From: Paludibacteraceae bacterium
Lineage (GTDB): Bacteria; Bacteroidota; Bacteroidia; Bacteroidales; Paludibacteraceae
Direction of reading: 5' to 3'
Length of the DNA stretch: 64,000 nt
NCBI GenBank assembly: GCA_045599545.1
Contig: JAZRWG010000015.1
Location: forward strand, 335-64,334
In this document: one piece after another, positions 41,294 to 51,829 of the stretch
How the letters are laid out: each line of letters opens with the position of its first letter
How positions within the stretch are numbered: the first letter of the stretch is position 1
Program-made: the position numbers and the translations under genes
Notes under the pieces: generated by a model
Databases searched by the model: none
The model's input: only the letters and a program-made list of their open reading frames with translations
Told to the model about the DNA's origin: nothing

Positions 41294-42259
41294 GTGAAGA
41301 GATATATTGTGCTAATAGCCCTTTTTGCGCTTGTGTCTATCGCGTCGCGCGCGCAATTTGACCCACTCATTGGACAATATATGTATATGCCCACGGCCTA
41401 CAACCCGGCAGCCGCGGGGGAAGGAGACTTGATGAAAGTAGCGGGTTTGCACCGCATGCAGAATATAGGCATTAACAATGCCCCGATGACCACTTTCTTC
41501 TCCTTCACCTCTCCCTTTGTGATTGGGAAGACCAAGCACGGTGCGGGAGTGAGGTTTATGAATGACCGCTTTGGTTTGTTTACGAATCAGTCGTTGCACG
41601 TGCAATACTGTTATCGTCAGCCAATAAGGAAAGGACATTTGAGTGTAGGTTTGGATATGGGTTTTATCAATGTGGGCTTTAAAGGAGATAGTGTAAACTT
41701 GAGTCAAATGCAGTCCACGTATTTTCGTCAGGACGATCCGGCGGTGCCCTCCTCTCTCAAGTCGGATATGAAGTTTGATTTAGGGGTTGGCATTTACTAC
41801 TCTACTCCCACGTGGTGGGTTGGCGGAAGTTACAGTCACCTCACGCGTCCGGTAGCGGAATTAGACATGGAGAACAGTAAGTCGGCGGCAGTGAAAGTGG
41901 CAGGAACGATGTATGTAGCCGGAGGCTATCATTTTCGTTTAAAGCACCATAAAGAGTGGCAGTTGACGCCCAGCGCGATGGTAATGTCGGATTTTAGTTC
42001 CTGGGATGCCAATGTGACGCTGATGTGTGATTATAAGGATCGTTACCGCTGGGGATTGGGATATCGCGTCTTGGGAAGTGTGAATGTGTTGGTGAACATT
42101 GATATCATAAGTGGGTTGAGTATTGGTTATACGTGTGAGATTCCCACGAGTAAACTGATCTCGGAGAGTTATGGAACGCATGAGATTTATTTGGCCTACG
42201 GGTTCGAGATATTGAAACCCAAGCGGACCAACAAATATAAGAGTGTGAGATATTTATAA
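41294..42259 (+). CDS. porP: T9SS membrane protein PorP/SprF family
   Basis: Signal peptide, then QFDPLIGQYMYMPTAYNPAAAGE (PorP/SprF signature). The GTG at 41294 is preferred over the TTG at 41273. Confidence 0.85.
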   Translation: MKRYIVLIALFALVSIASRAQFDPLIGQYMYMPTAYNPAAAGEGDLMKVAGLHRMQNIGINNAPMTTFFSFTSPFVIGKTKHGAGVRFMNDRFGLFTNQSLHVQYCYRQPIRKGHLSVGLDMGFINVGFKGDSVNLSQMQSTYFRQDDPAVPSSLKSDMKFDLGVGIYYSTPTWWVGGSYSHLTRPVAELDMENSKSAAVKVAGTMYVAGGYHFRLKHHKEWQLTPSAMVMSDFSSWDANVTLMCDYKDRYRWGLGYRVLGSVNVLVNIDIISGLSIGYTCEIPTSKLISESYGTHEIYLAYGFEILKPKRTNKYKSVRYL

Positions 42260-42281
42260 AAACAAAAAAACAATACGATTT

Positions 42282-43640
42282 ATGAAGAAAAGTTTTAAGA
42301 TTTTACCGTTCGTTGTCGCACTGACAACTTTGGTAAGTTGCAATCAACCCGTCGGCGAACTTGTCGGAGCGGGTCCGTCTGTTAATTTTCAGGAAGCCAA
42401 TCCTTACGGGATGGTTCTTATTCCCGGTGGTTCTTTTATGATGGGAGCCAACACCCAATCGGCTATTTTTGAGGAGCCGGATAACTTGGTGATGGCCACG
42501 GTTGAATCCTTCTGGATGGATCAAACGGAGATTACCAATTCCGAGTATCGTCAATTTGTTAATTGGGTTCGTGACTCTATTGCATTGACATTGCTCGTTA
42601 ATGCCGGTCAAACGGATTTTGCCATTGTTCCCAAGGATGGGGATTTTGATGAAGAGAATTTTACTCTTAACTGGAAACGTAAGATTCCTTGGAACTCCAA
42701 GGAGGAGGAGATTAAGGATGCCTTGGCTCCGATGTATTATTCGGACCACACTTTGCGCACCTACAATTTGTATTATGCCTACTCATGGGTAGAAATTGGT
42801 CAAGCGGCTTTGTTGCAGAATCGTTTTGACGTTAAGTCCGGTCAATACAACAATGCTATTGCGACCGTTGATACGGCATGGATTGATGAAAACGGAATCA
42901 TTCAAGAACGCACCATTCAACGCGTTGTGCACGAACCGCGTGATTTCCGTTCCAATAAGATTATTGCTATTTATCCTGACACATTGGTTTGGTCTCGTGA
43001 TTTCCAATTTGCCTTCAACGACCCGTTGGTTTTGAAGTATTTCTCGCACCCCGGTTATGCTGATTATCCGGTAGTGGGTGTTAGTTGGGAACAAGCGATG
43101 GCTTTCTGTGCATGGCGCACCCAATTCTATACCACGCACACTTTGGAAGACGTGCAGAGCTATCGTCTTCCCACCGAAAGTGAATGGGAGTTTGCCGCTC
43201 GTGGCGGTCGCAGAATGACCACCTATCCGTGGGGTAATAACTATGCTCGCAGTGCAGATGGTTGTTTCCTGGCAAACTTCAAGCCCTATCGCGGTTCGTA
43301 CAATGATGATCAGGGAACAACCACAATGAAAGTGGCTCAATTCCGTCCCAATGATTTTGGTTTGTATGACATGGCAGGAAACGTTTCCGAATGGACGACT
43401 TCCACATATCAAACAACGAATAACTCAACGACTCACGATCTTAACCCCGATGTAGTATATTATGCTCACAATACCGACTCGGATAATCTTAAGCGTAAGG
43501 TTGTTAAGGGCGGTAGTTGGAAGGATATCAGTTACTTCTTACAATGCGGTATTCGCACTTTTGAATATCAAGACGTTGGTCGTTCGTATATCGGTTTCCG
43601 CTGCGTTCGCAGTCATATTGGAAATTCTATCACGAAATAA
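42282..43640 (+). CDS. porK: T9SS lipoprotein PorK/GldK (FGE-sulfatase fold)
   Basis: Lipobox LVSC, plus GGSFMMG, RLPTESEWEFAARGG, GNVSEWT and IGFRCV. Confidence 0.92.
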   Translation: MKKSFKILPFVVALTTLVSCNQPVGELVGAGPSVNFQEANPYGMVLIPGGSFMMGANTQSAIFEEPDNLVMATVESFWMDQTEITNSEYRQFVNWVRDSIALTLLVNAGQTDFAIVPKDGDFDEENFTLNWKRKIPWNSKEEEIKDALAPMYYSDHTLRTYNLYYAYSWVEIGQAALLQNRFDVKSGQYNNAIATVDTAWIDENGIIQERTIQRVVHEPRDFRSNKIIAIYPDTLVWSRDFQFAFNDPLVLKYFSHPGYADYPVVGVSWEQAMAFCAWRTQFYTTHTLEDVQSYRLPTESEWEFAARGGRRMTTYPWGNNYARSADGCFLANFKPYRGSYNDDQGTTTMKVAQFRPNDFGLYDMAGNVSEWTTSTYQTTNNSTTHDLNPDVVYYAHNTDSDNLKRKVVKGGSWKDISYFLQCGIRTFEYQDVGRSYIGFRCVRSHIGNSITK

Positions 43641-43687
43641 AATTAAAAAATAAAAATATTATTGTTTCATTTCAAAAAAAAGGTATT

Positions 43688-44821
43688 ATGGCTAGAGAAG
43701 CTAAAAAATCCGGATTCATGATGTGGTATGAATCCTATCAAGGAAAAAAAGTTGTTAACATGGTGTATTGCTTGGGTGCATCCGTGGTTATTATCGGTGC
43801 ATTGTTTAAGATTATGCACTTCTCGGGTGCCGGTCCGTTGTTGATGACCGGTATGTGTACCGAGGCTCTACTATTCGCTATCGGTTGTTTGGATAAGCCG
43901 CACGTAGATTTCCACTGGCAGAACGTTTTCCCGCAATTGGTGGGTTACGGAGCCGATCCCGAAGAATTAAAAGAATTAGAGTCTAAACCTCGTCCTACCT
44001 TGTTAGGTATGGGCAGCGAAAGCGGAGCGGTTGCTTCTGCCGCAGGTTCGGATGCAAAGAAAGCCAATGTTCCCGCATTGACCGACAAAGAGTTTGAAGC
44101 CCTCAAAGGCAGTATCAGTGATTTGGCTGCCACCGCTTCGCAATTGAGCGAGATTGGTAAGATTGCCGATAAGACTAATAAATTGGGCGAAAAGATGGAC
44201 GCTGCCGGTGCAGCTGCTGATAAGTTCATTGGAAGTCAAGAGGGTCTAACCACCGCTTCCGCAGCCTTTGCAAAGAATATTGAAAGCAGCAGTGCTTCCT
44301 TGACGAAGAACATTGAAGCCAGCGGTGCTACACTGAGCAAGGCTGTTGAGGTATCGGCTAACGCATTGAATGAGAAAGTGAATAGTGCTGCCGCTACTTT
44401 AACGAAAGGTGTGGACGATTCGACAGCCATGTTGACTAAGTCGATGGGTTCGTTATCCGAGGTTATCGGTAAGTCGAACAACGACTTGACGAACGCGTAT
44501 GCCAAGGTGGTAAGCGAAATGCAGACCGTAGCCAACAGTTCTAAGAACTTTGAGGAGCAGATTAACACAACAAATCAAAAACTGACTGTTTTGAATTCGG
44601 TTTACGAGTTGCAAATCACGGCCGCTCAAGCACAAGCCAATGCTTTCCAATCGCAAGCAGCGCAAATCATGGGTATTAACCAAACCGTTCAAAAGATTCA
44701 GAACACCACCCTTGAAGCCGCTAAGGCAGGTGAGGAATATGAAGCTACGGCTAAGCAGTTGACCAAGCAAGTGGCTGATTTGAATAAGATTTACGGAAAC
44801 ATGCTAACCGCCTTAAAATAA
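43688..44821 (+). CDS. porL: T9SS motor component PorL/GldL, with an extended repeat-containing cytoplasmic region
   Basis: Two N-terminal TM helices (MVYCLGASVVIIGALFKIMHFSGAGPLLMTGMCTEALLFAIGCL). 377 aa. Position between porK and porM. Confidence 0.88.
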   Translation: MAREAKKSGFMMWYESYQGKKVVNMVYCLGASVVIIGALFKIMHFSGAGPLLMTGMCTEALLFAIGCLDKPHVDFHWQNVFPQLVGYGADPEELKELESKPRPTLLGMGSESGAVASAAGSDAKKANVPALTDKEFEALKGSISDLAATASQLSEIGKIADKTNKLGEKMDAAGAAADKFIGSQEGLTTASAAFAKNIESSSASLTKNIEASGATLSKAVEVSANALNEKVNSAAATLTKGVDDSTAMLTKSMGSLSEVIGKSNNDLTNAYAKVVSEMQTVANSSKNFEEQINTTNQKLTVLNSVYELQITAAQAQANAFQSQAAQIMGINQTVQKIQNTTLEAAKAGEEYEATAKQLTKQVADLNKIYGNMLTALK

Positions 44822-44827
44822 TAGACT

Positions 44828-46366
44828 ATGGGAGGAGCTAAAAACTGTCCGGAAACCCCGAGACAAAAAATGATTGGTATGATGTACCTGGTACTCACCG
44901 CCATGTTGGCGTTGAATGTGAGTGCCGACATCATTAACGGTTATTCGGAAGTAGACGACAGTCTGCATTCCACCATCAACATGGTTGAGGATAATAACCG
45001 TTGGTATTATCAGAACTTCCGTGCCAAGATGGAGCAAAATCCGGAAAAGACACGCGAATGGTACGAACGCGCCCTGCAAGTACAAGCACAGGCAGATTCG
45101 GTCTATAATTACATTCAAGCCTTCAAGGACCAAATGGTTATCATGGCGGACAAGGATAAGGCACTGCCCAATGCCACTGTTCGGCAGATGAAGAAGAAGG
45201 ATGATACGAATATCCCTCACCAATATGGTTTGAACGAAGGAAACGGTGCTATTTTGAAAGAAAAACTGATTGCTTACCGCGAGTTTTTAAAAGAGATTAG
45301 TAATAACACCCTAGCGAAGGAATTGGATGTCACCTTTGATGTGAATGATACACAGAACGCTAGCGGGGAGACCATCCGTTGGGAAGAATCCCTCTTCCAT
45401 GAGATGCCCGTTTGCGCTACGCTGACCATGCTCACCAAGTTCCAAAACGATGTGCGTACGGAAGAGAGTAACATTCTGGAATGGCTTGATAGTCAAACGG
45501 ATGCAGGTGACTTACGCGTAAACAAACTGAAAGCTTACGTTATTCCAAAGTCCGACTATGTCATTCGCGGTGCCAAATACACAGCTCAAATTATTTTAGC
45601 CGCAACAGACTCTACTCAAAGTCCGGAGTATTATATTGATGGACAACGTATCAATGACAACGGTCTTTATGAAGTCATTGCTGCCGGTACGGGACTCAAG
45701 AAATACAATGGTCAAATCGCTTTCCTCAACAACATGGGTGAGATGGAATATCTGCCCTTCGAGAGCAGTTATAGTGTAGGTGAGCCGTCTGTTACCATTT
45801 CTAATACGGATTTGAATATCATGTACCGTGGATATGAAAACCAGTTCTCTATTTCCGTTCCGGGTGTCAGCAATGATAAGATTAAGGTTAGTGTTGATGG
45901 TGCTGTAACCAACCAACGCGGTGGGTTATGGATTATCAAACCTACGGAAAAGGCCAAGACCGTTACCATCAGTGTAAGTGCCGAATTGGAGGGTAAAATG
46001 CAAGCGATGGGTAGTCAGACCTACCGTGTCAAAGCGTTGCCGAAACCGGGAGCTTACTTTAAATCCGGTGAGGTTGAGTATCAGGATGGTAACATCTCAC
46101 GCGGTGCATTATTGAATCCCTCGGCGGTTGTCATTGCCTCCTACGGACCGGATGGTCTATTGGACTTGCCGTTCCAGATTACCGGTTTTAAGGTGAACAT
46201 CAATGGTACCCTGTCGGATGTGAAGGGAGATCACTTCACCAAAGCGCAGTTGGATAAACTGGGTCGACTCAACAAGGGTGCTATCGTCGTTATCACGGAC
46301 GTTCACGCGAAGGGTCCTGATGGAAAGGATGTTCGTTTGAGTCCTATTCCGTTATCTCTGAATTAA
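44828..46366 (+). CDS. porM: T9SS periplasmic shaft PorM/GldM
   Basis: PRQKMIGMMYLVLTAMLALNVS N-terminal TM signature, 512 aa, operon position. Confidence 0.9.
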   Translation: MGGAKNCPETPRQKMIGMMYLVLTAMLALNVSADIINGYSEVDDSLHSTINMVEDNNRWYYQNFRAKMEQNPEKTREWYERALQVQAQADSVYNYIQAFKDQMVIMADKDKALPNATVRQMKKKDDTNIPHQYGLNEGNGAILKEKLIAYREFLKEISNNTLAKELDVTFDVNDTQNASGETIRWEESLFHEMPVCATLTMLTKFQNDVRTEESNILEWLDSQTDAGDLRVNKLKAYVIPKSDYVIRGAKYTAQIILAATDSTQSPEYYIDGQRINDNGLYEVIAAGTGLKKYNGQIAFLNNMGEMEYLPFESSYSVGEPSVTISNTDLNIMYRGYENQFSISVPGVSNDKIKVSVDGAVTNQRGGLWIIKPTEKAKTVTISVSAELEGKMQAMGSQTYRVKALPKPGAYFKSGEVEYQDGNISRGALLNPSAVVIASYGPDGLLDLPFQITGFKVNINGTLSDVKGDHFTKAQLDKLGRLNKGAIVVITDVHAKGPDGKDVRLSPIPLSLN

Positions 46367-46381
46367 TAAATACACACGAAT

Positions 46382-47323
46382 ATGAAGAAAATTCTTTTTG
46401 TAGTATGCCTTTGTGGCATAAGTTTGAGCCTAAGTGCACAACATCAGATTAACTCGTTCTTTGACGAGTTCGGTGTAGCCAAAATTCAAACCGAGACGTT
46501 TAGTCCGCAAATAGATACGGTGCTCACTACTGTTCATCGTGCGGAGGATGTTATCTGGTCGCGCGTCGTTTATCGCGTGATTGATATGCGTTATAAGCAG
46601 AACTACCAGCTTTATTTCCCCACGCGTTATGACGATCCTGAGTATCGTTCGTTCTTTAAGGTGATTGTAGATGCTATTGTGGACGATATGCCCGTGTACG
46701 AGAAACGTCTGGATCAAATCAAACCGGACTTCACTTTGCCCATGGAGAAGACCGCTCTGCCTACCGTTTTCTTGGCGGACGATCCCACGGCGGACTATTC
46801 GGATGATCCTACTCACTACGATATCGCTTCGTCCGACGCCATGCTCTTGCACTACGACTCGATTGAGGATAAGATTTCCTTCCACTTCTATCCTTACGAA
46901 GGCTTCGTTCGCAATCAACTCAAGTACATCATTCAAGAGATTATCTTCTTTGATCGTCAGACCTCGCGTCTATATAGTAAGATCATGGCCATTGCTCCCT
47001 TGCAATCGGATAAGATCATTACACGCGATGACAGCAATCCGATGAACTCGCTCATGGAGTCCATCCTGTTCTGGATTCCGTTCGACGCTCTGCGTCCGTA
47101 CTTAAAAAGGCAGTTTGTCATTCCTGCTCAGAACGAGACCAAGCGTGTTACCTTTGACGAGTTCTTCCAAAAGAAGTTATACTCCTCTTATATTTTAGGA
47201 GAAGGTAATATCTACGATCGTCTCATCCTTGATTATGCTACCACGCCCGAGGAGATTGCCAAGGAGCAGAATCGTATTGCTACCGAACTGCTGAATTTTG
47301 AACAGGATATTTGGGAGTACTAA
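46382..47323 (+). CDS. porN: T9SS ring protein PorN/GldN
   Basis: 313 aa with a signal peptide, directly after porM. Confidence 0.85.
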   Translation: MKKILFVVCLCGISLSLSAQHQINSFFDEFGVAKIQTETFSPQIDTVLTTVHRAEDVIWSRVVYRVIDMRYKQNYQLYFPTRYDDPEYRSFFKVIVDAIVDDMPVYEKRLDQIKPDFTLPMEKTALPTVFLADDPTADYSDDPTHYDIASSDAMLLHYDSIEDKISFHFYPYEGFVRNQLKYIIQEIIFFDRQTSRLYSKIMAIAPLQSDKIITRDDSNPMNSLMESILFWIPFDALRPYLKRQFVIPAQNETKRVTFDEFFQKKLYSSYILGEGNIYDRLILDYATTPEEIAKEQNRIATELLNFEQDIWEY

Positions 47324-48186
47324 TGGCTCAACCGCGGCGTTTCTTTAACATGTATCTCACCTCCGCTATGAGTGTAGCGTTGGTGCTGTTCTTGATTGGT
47401 TTACTGGGCGTGTTGCTACTCACCACTCACTCGGTTGTTCGTCGTGTTCGCGAGAACATGACCCTGACCGTGGTGGTGCGTTCCAATGCATCCACCCAAC
47501 AAGTAGCAGACATCCGTAGTATGATTAAGAGCGCCCCTTACGTCAAGTCCGTTCACTATATCTCGCAGCAGCAAGCATTGGAGGAGCATATTCGGGAATT
47601 AGGAGAGGATCCCACGCAGTATTTGGGTTACAATCCGCTCCGCGCCAGTTTTGAGGTGCAGCCGACGGCTTCTTACGCTAATACAGATAGTATGGCGATG
47701 ATTGAGAAACAACTCATAAAAGTGAGTGGGGTGGACGAGGTGCTGTATCAAAAGGATATTGTGCAGCAGCTCAACACCAATCTCAGTCGGGCCTACGTAG
47801 GGATTGTGGCGGTGACCTTGATTTTGCTGCTTATTGCCTTGGCGTTGATTACCAACACCATTCGGTTGCAGATTTACTCCAAGCGCTTTATCATTCATAC
47901 CATGTCGCTCGTTGGAGCTACGGGATGGATGATTCGCCGTCCCTTCATTCGTAGGAACGTAATCGTAGGTTTGGTTGCGGGAGTAGTGGCATTAGCTGTA
48001 TTGATGGGCGTTATCTATTACTTGAATTCCAAGTTGGGTATTTTACTCTTCCCTTTGACGAAGACGAATATCTTGCTCTTGGTGGCATTTGTGCTGTCCT
48101 CGGGAGTGATTATCACCCTGTTGGCCTCGTTCGTAGCCACCAATCATTATTTACATATGACTACCGATAACATGTATCGCGTATGA
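47323..48186 (+). CDS. ftsX: cell division permease-like protein FtsX
   Basis: TM1, an extracellular FtsX domain and three C-terminal TM helices. The ATG at 47323 overlaps the porN stop (TAATG). Confidence 0.8.
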   Translation: MAQPRRFFNMYLTSAMSVALVLFLIGLLGVLLLTTHSVVRRVRENMTLTVVVRSNASTQQVADIRSMIKSAPYVKSVHYISQQQALEEHIRELGEDPTQYLGYNPLRASFEVQPTASYANTDSMAMIEKQLIKVSGVDEVLYQKDIVQQLNTNLSRAYVGIVAVTLILLLIALALITNTIRLQIYSKRFIIHTMSLVGATGWMIRRPFIRRNVIVGLVAGVVALAVLMGVIYYLNSKLGILLFPLTKTNILLLVAFVLSSGVIITLLASFVATNHYLHMTTDNMYRV

Positions 48187-48392
48187 AAAACTTACAAAAA
48201 ATAAACTTTATCTTGATGGGGGTTTCGCTCGTGATTATCATTCTGGGCTTTGCGCTAATGGTAGGTCCCGCTTCCGGAGCGGAATATAATCCCGATATCT
48301 TCTCGCCTCGCCGTATAACGGTAGGTCCGATGATTGCCTTGTTTGGTTTTATCTTTATGGTGGTAGGTATCCTCTATCGTCCTAAAAAATAA
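48183..48392 (+). CDS. DUF3098-like two-helix membrane protein
   Basis: 69 aa. Conserved partner downstream of ftsX in Bacteroidota. Confidence 0.7.
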   Translation: MKNLQKINFILMGVSLVIIILGFALMVGPASGAEYNPDIFSPRRITVGPMIALFGFIFMVVGILYRPKK

Positions 48393-48429
48393 CTTTACAC
48401 TTTAAACTTTACACTTTACACTTTAAACT
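48391..48429. repeat. heptamer array (ACTTTAC / ACTTTAA), intergenic
   Basis: It fills the DUF3098-uppP spacer. Confidence 0.85.
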
Positions 48430-48438
48430 ATAAGATGT

Positions 48439-49242
48439 ATGACTTGGATTGAGGCGTTGATATTAGGACTCGTACAAGGGCTCACGGAGTTCTTGCCCGT
48501 ATCCTCGTCCGGTCACTTAGAGATTGGGCAAGCACTCTTGGGCACAGCCTCGGAGGAGAACCTGACGTTTGCCATTGTGGTGCATACCGCGACGGTGCTG
48601 GCCACCATGGTGGTGTTATGGTCCGAGATTAAAGGTCTGTTCGCAGGCACTTTCTGCACAAAGAGTTGGAATACTGAGAAGCAGTATGTGGCCAAGATAT
48701 TGGTTTCGATGATACCCGTTTTCATTGTCGGTATGTTCTTTAAGGATCAAGTAGAGGCGTTGTTTGGGAATGGTTTATTGTTAGTGGGTATTTGCCTTTT
48801 GGTCACTGCCGGCTTATTGACCTTCAGTGAGTGGTTCAGTAAGCGTCAGCAAGCGGGGCACGAGGTAAGTTATCGCGACGCGATTATTATCGGTTGCGCT
48901 CAAGCCTTAGCGGTATTACCGGGGCTCAGCCGCAGCGGAACGACGATTGCCACGGGTTTGATTTGCGGAGTGAAGAAGGAGCAGGTCGCTCAGTTCTCGT
49001 TCCTCATGGTACTCATTCCCATTTTGGGGGAAGCGTTTTTGGACTTGCTGGACGTTATACAAGGCGAGGTGACTACGACCCTCGGTTTCTTGCCGCTTGC
49101 GGTAGGATTCGTTACGGCTTTTGTGACGGGTTGCTTGGCATGTAAGTTCATGCTCAATATTGTACGGAAACAGAAACTCATTTATTTTGCTATCTACTGC
49201 CTGATTATAGGTGCGGTAGCCATTATCTATAGTGTGCTGTAA
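48439..49242 (+). CDS. uppP: undecaprenyl-diphosphate phosphatase
   Basis: [19 protein letters not shown] motif. 267 aa. Confidence 0.92.
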   Translation: MTWIEALILGLVQGLTEFLPVSSSGHLEIGQALLGTASEENLTFAIVVHTATVLATMVVLWSEIKGLFAGTFCTKSWNTEKQYVAKILVSMIPVFIVGMFFKDQVEALFGNGLLLVGICLLVTAGLLTFSEWFSKRQQAGHEVSYRDAIIIGCAQALAVLPGLSRSGTTIATGLICGVKKEQVAQFSFLMVLIPILGEAFLDLLDVIQGEVTTTLGFLPLAVGFVTAFVTGCLACKFMLNIVRKQKLIYFAIYCLIIGAVAIIYSVL

Positions 49243-49964
49243 TGGATTGGTTAGAGGGGGAGATTATTGGGTTTGATAAGCCCTATCGTTGGACCAGTTT
49301 TGACGTGGTAGGCAAAGCCCGCTGGTTACTGACCCACCGACTGGGATATAAGAAGATTAAAGTGGGGCATACGGGTACCTTGGATCCTTTAGCGACAGGA
49401 GTGGTGGTGGTTTGTACGGGTAAGAAGACCAAATGCATTGACGAGTTGCAAAACCACGTGAAGGAATACGTAGCCACGCTGCAATTGGGAGCGACCACAT
49501 CGAGTTTTGATTTGGAGAAGCCCATTGATGCCACTTACCCCACGGAGCATATAACGCGGAAACTCATTGACGAGGTCATCCCCACTTTTTTGGGGGAGCA
49601 GTGGCAGGTACCGCCCGTTTTCTCGGCGGTGAAGGTGGATGGTAAGCGGGCGTATAAACTGGCACGCAAGGGAGAGCAACCGGAACTCAAACCCAAGAAA
49701 CTGGTGATTGATGAGATCGAGGTGATGGCGTTTGATGATAAGACGATGCAGTTGACTCTGCGGATAGTATGCTCCAAGGGAACATATATTCGGGCCTTGG
49801 CTCGTGACATAGGTCTGCGCTTGCAATCGGGGGCACACCTTATACAATTAAGGCGCACGCGCGTAGGCGCGTTACGCGTAGAGGACTGTTTGCAGTTCGA
49901 GGATTTTGAAAAACTTATAGACCGTTGTCCCGTTTATACCCCAGAACCGGACACTAAACACTAG
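49242..49964 (+). CDS. truB: tRNA pseudouridine(55) synthase
   Basis: GHTGTLDPLATGV catalytic motif. Confidence 0.92.
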   Translation: MDWLEGEIIGFDKPYRWTSFDVVGKARWLLTHRLGYKKIKVGHTGTLDPLATGVVVVCTGKKTKCIDELQNHVKEYVATLQLGATTSSFDLEKPIDATYPTEHITRKLIDEVIPTFLGEQWQVPPVFSAVKVDGKRAYKLARKGEQPELKPKKLVIDEIEVMAFDDKTMQLTLRIVCSKGTYIRALARDIGLRLQSGAHLIQLRRTRVGALRVEDCLQFEDFEKLIDRCPVYTPEPDTKH

Positions 49965-49983
49965 ACACAAGATACACAATCAT

Positions 49984-51108
49984 ATGAAATTAAGTCAATT
50001 TAAGTTCAAACTGCCGGATAGTCAACTGGCTCAGTATCCGGCACCCTATAGGGACGAGGCTCGTCTGATGGTGGTTCATCGTAAGACGGGTCAAATCGAA
50101 CAAATGCTCGTGAAGGACCTCATCAACCTCTTTGACGAGGGAGATCTGTTTATCTTTAACGATACGGCCACTTTCCCAGCTCGCCTTTATGCTAAGAAGG
50201 AGAAGACGCAAGCGGAGATAGAGGTATTCCTTCTGCGCGAGTTGCAGCACAAGAACCGCTATTGGGATGTGTTGGTGGATCCTGCGCGTAAGATACGTGT
50301 AGGCAATAAACTCAATTTCGATGACGATCCCGCTATCCAGGCCGAAGTGGTGGATAACACCACCTCCCGTGGGCGCACCTTCCGTTTTCTAACGGACTAT
50401 GCGGATGACGAGTTTGTGAATAAAATGTTTGCAATCGGTCACACTCCCCTGCCCTACTATATTGAGCGTCCCTTAGCCGAGGAACTGCGCGAGGAGTTTA
50501 AGGAGGCATATAACGTAGAGGATGATATCGATTTAGATGCCTATATTGATAAACTGGACGTGGAGCGTTATCAATCGGTCTTTGCCAAACATATCGGTGC
50601 GGTAGCTGCTCCGGCAGCGTGCCTGCATTTCTCCAAGCAGTTGCTTAAGCGAATGGAGATTCAGGGGATAGAATACGAGTGTTTGACGAGTCATATGTCG
50701 TTGGGTAATTTCAAGACGGTAGATGTAGAGGACCTCACCAAGCACCGCATTGAGTCCGAGCAGATCAGCATTCCACAAGCGTTAGTAAATGCCGTAGAAA
50801 AGACGCACGCTAAGGGTAAGCGCGTCTGCGCCGTAGGTACGGAAGTTATGCGGGCGTTGGAGCACGTAGTGGGCACCGGCGGTCACATCAAAGCGTATGA
50901 AGGTTGGACCAATAAGTTCATTTATCCGCCCTATGATTTTACAGTAGCGAATGCGTTCTTCGTTAATTTCTACATGCCGCTGAGCAGCCAGCAGTTGATG
51001 GTGCATGCCTTTGGCGGCTTTGAGAATATCAAGGAAGCATACGACATGGCTCTGGAGGAAGGATATAAGTTCGGTGATTACGGAGATGCAATGCTTATTA
51101 TTGATTAG
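49984..51108 (+). CDS. queA: tRNA preQ1(34) S-adenosylmethionine ribosyltransferase-isomerase
   Basis: MKLSQFKFKLPDSQLAQYPA..RDEARLMV N-terminus. 374 aa. Confidence 0.9.
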   Translation: MKLSQFKFKLPDSQLAQYPAPYRDEARLMVVHRKTGQIEQMLVKDLINLFDEGDLFIFNDTATFPARLYAKKEKTQAEIEVFLLRELQHKNRYWDVLVDPARKIRVGNKLNFDDDPAIQAEVVDNTTSRGRTFRFLTDYADDEFVNKMFAIGHTPLPYYIERPLAEELREEFKEAYNVEDDIDLDAYIDKLDVERYQSVFAKHIGAVAAPAACLHFSKQLLKRMEIQGIEYECLTSHMSLGNFKTVDVEDLTKHRIESEQISIPQALVNAVEKTHAKGKRVCAVGTEVMRALEHVVGTGGHIKAYEGWTNKFIYPPYDFTVANAFFVNFYMPLSSQQLMVHAFGGFENIKEAYDMALEEGYKFGDYGDAMLIID

Positions 51109-51159
51109 GCGGATAGGCAGAGAGGCGGAGAGGCTGAGAGGCAGAGAGGCAGAGAGGAG
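51108..51159. repeat. octamer array (GCRGAGAG / GCTGAGAG), intergenic
   Basis: It starts in the queA stop codon and ends 8 nt before the ung ATG (…gaggagataaacgATG). Confidence 0.85.
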
Positions 51160-51166
51160 ATAAACG

Positions 51167-51829
51167 ATGGATGTACGAATAGAAGATAGTTGGAAAGCGG
51201 TACTGCAACCCGAATTTGATAAACCCTATTTCGAGCTGCTCACCTCTTTTGTTCGTCGGGAGTATCAAACCATGACGTGTTATCCTCCGGCCGCCCAGAT
51301 CTTCAATGCCTTCAATGCTTGCCCTTTTGACAAGGTTCGCGTGGTCATTATCGGACAGGATCCTTATCACGAACCCAAGCAAGCCCAAGGGCTGTGTTTT
51401 TCGGTGAACGAGGGGGTAGAGATTCCTCCGTCACTGATTAATATCTACAAGGAACTGGAGCGCGATTTAGGGTTGCCCATGCCCGCATCGGGTAATCTCA
51501 TGCGTTGGGCTCAACAAGGGGTGTTGCTACTCAATGCCACGCTCACCGTAGAGGCGCACAAAGCCGGTTCGCATCAGAATAAGGGGTGGGAGGAACTCAC
51601 CGACGCGGCTATACAGGCCTTGAACGAAAAGCGGGAGCACCTTGTTTTTCTGCTATGGGGCAGTTACGCGCAACGCAAGGGTCAGTTCATTGACCGCCGC
51701 AAGCACCTCGTTCTTACCGCTCCCCACCCCAGTCCTCTCTCGGCGTACCGAGGATTTATAGGGTGCGGTCACTTCTCGCAAACGAATAACTACTTAATCA
51801 AACATAACTTATCCCCCATTCAATGGTAA
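51167..51829 (+). CDS. ung: uracil-DNA glycosylase (family 1)
   Basis: GQDPYH, LLLNATLTV and HPSPLSA motifs. Confidence 0.93.
   Translation: MDVRIEDSWKAVLQPEFDKPYFELLTSFVRREYQTMTCYPPAAQIFNAFNACPFDKVRVVIIGQDPYHEPKQAQGLCFSVNEGVEIPPSLINIYKELERDLGLPMPASGNLMRWAQQGVLLLNATLTVEAHKAGSHQNKGWEELTDAAIQALNEKREHLVFLLWGSYAQRKGQFIDRRKHLVLTAPHPSPLSAYRGFIGCGHFSQTNNYLIKHNLSPIQW

Noticed and set aside
44236-44770. Antisense ORFs of 105-110 aa inside porL.
   Set aside because: They arise from the Ala/Ser/Thr-rich hendecad-repeat region of PorL. They are not independent genes.
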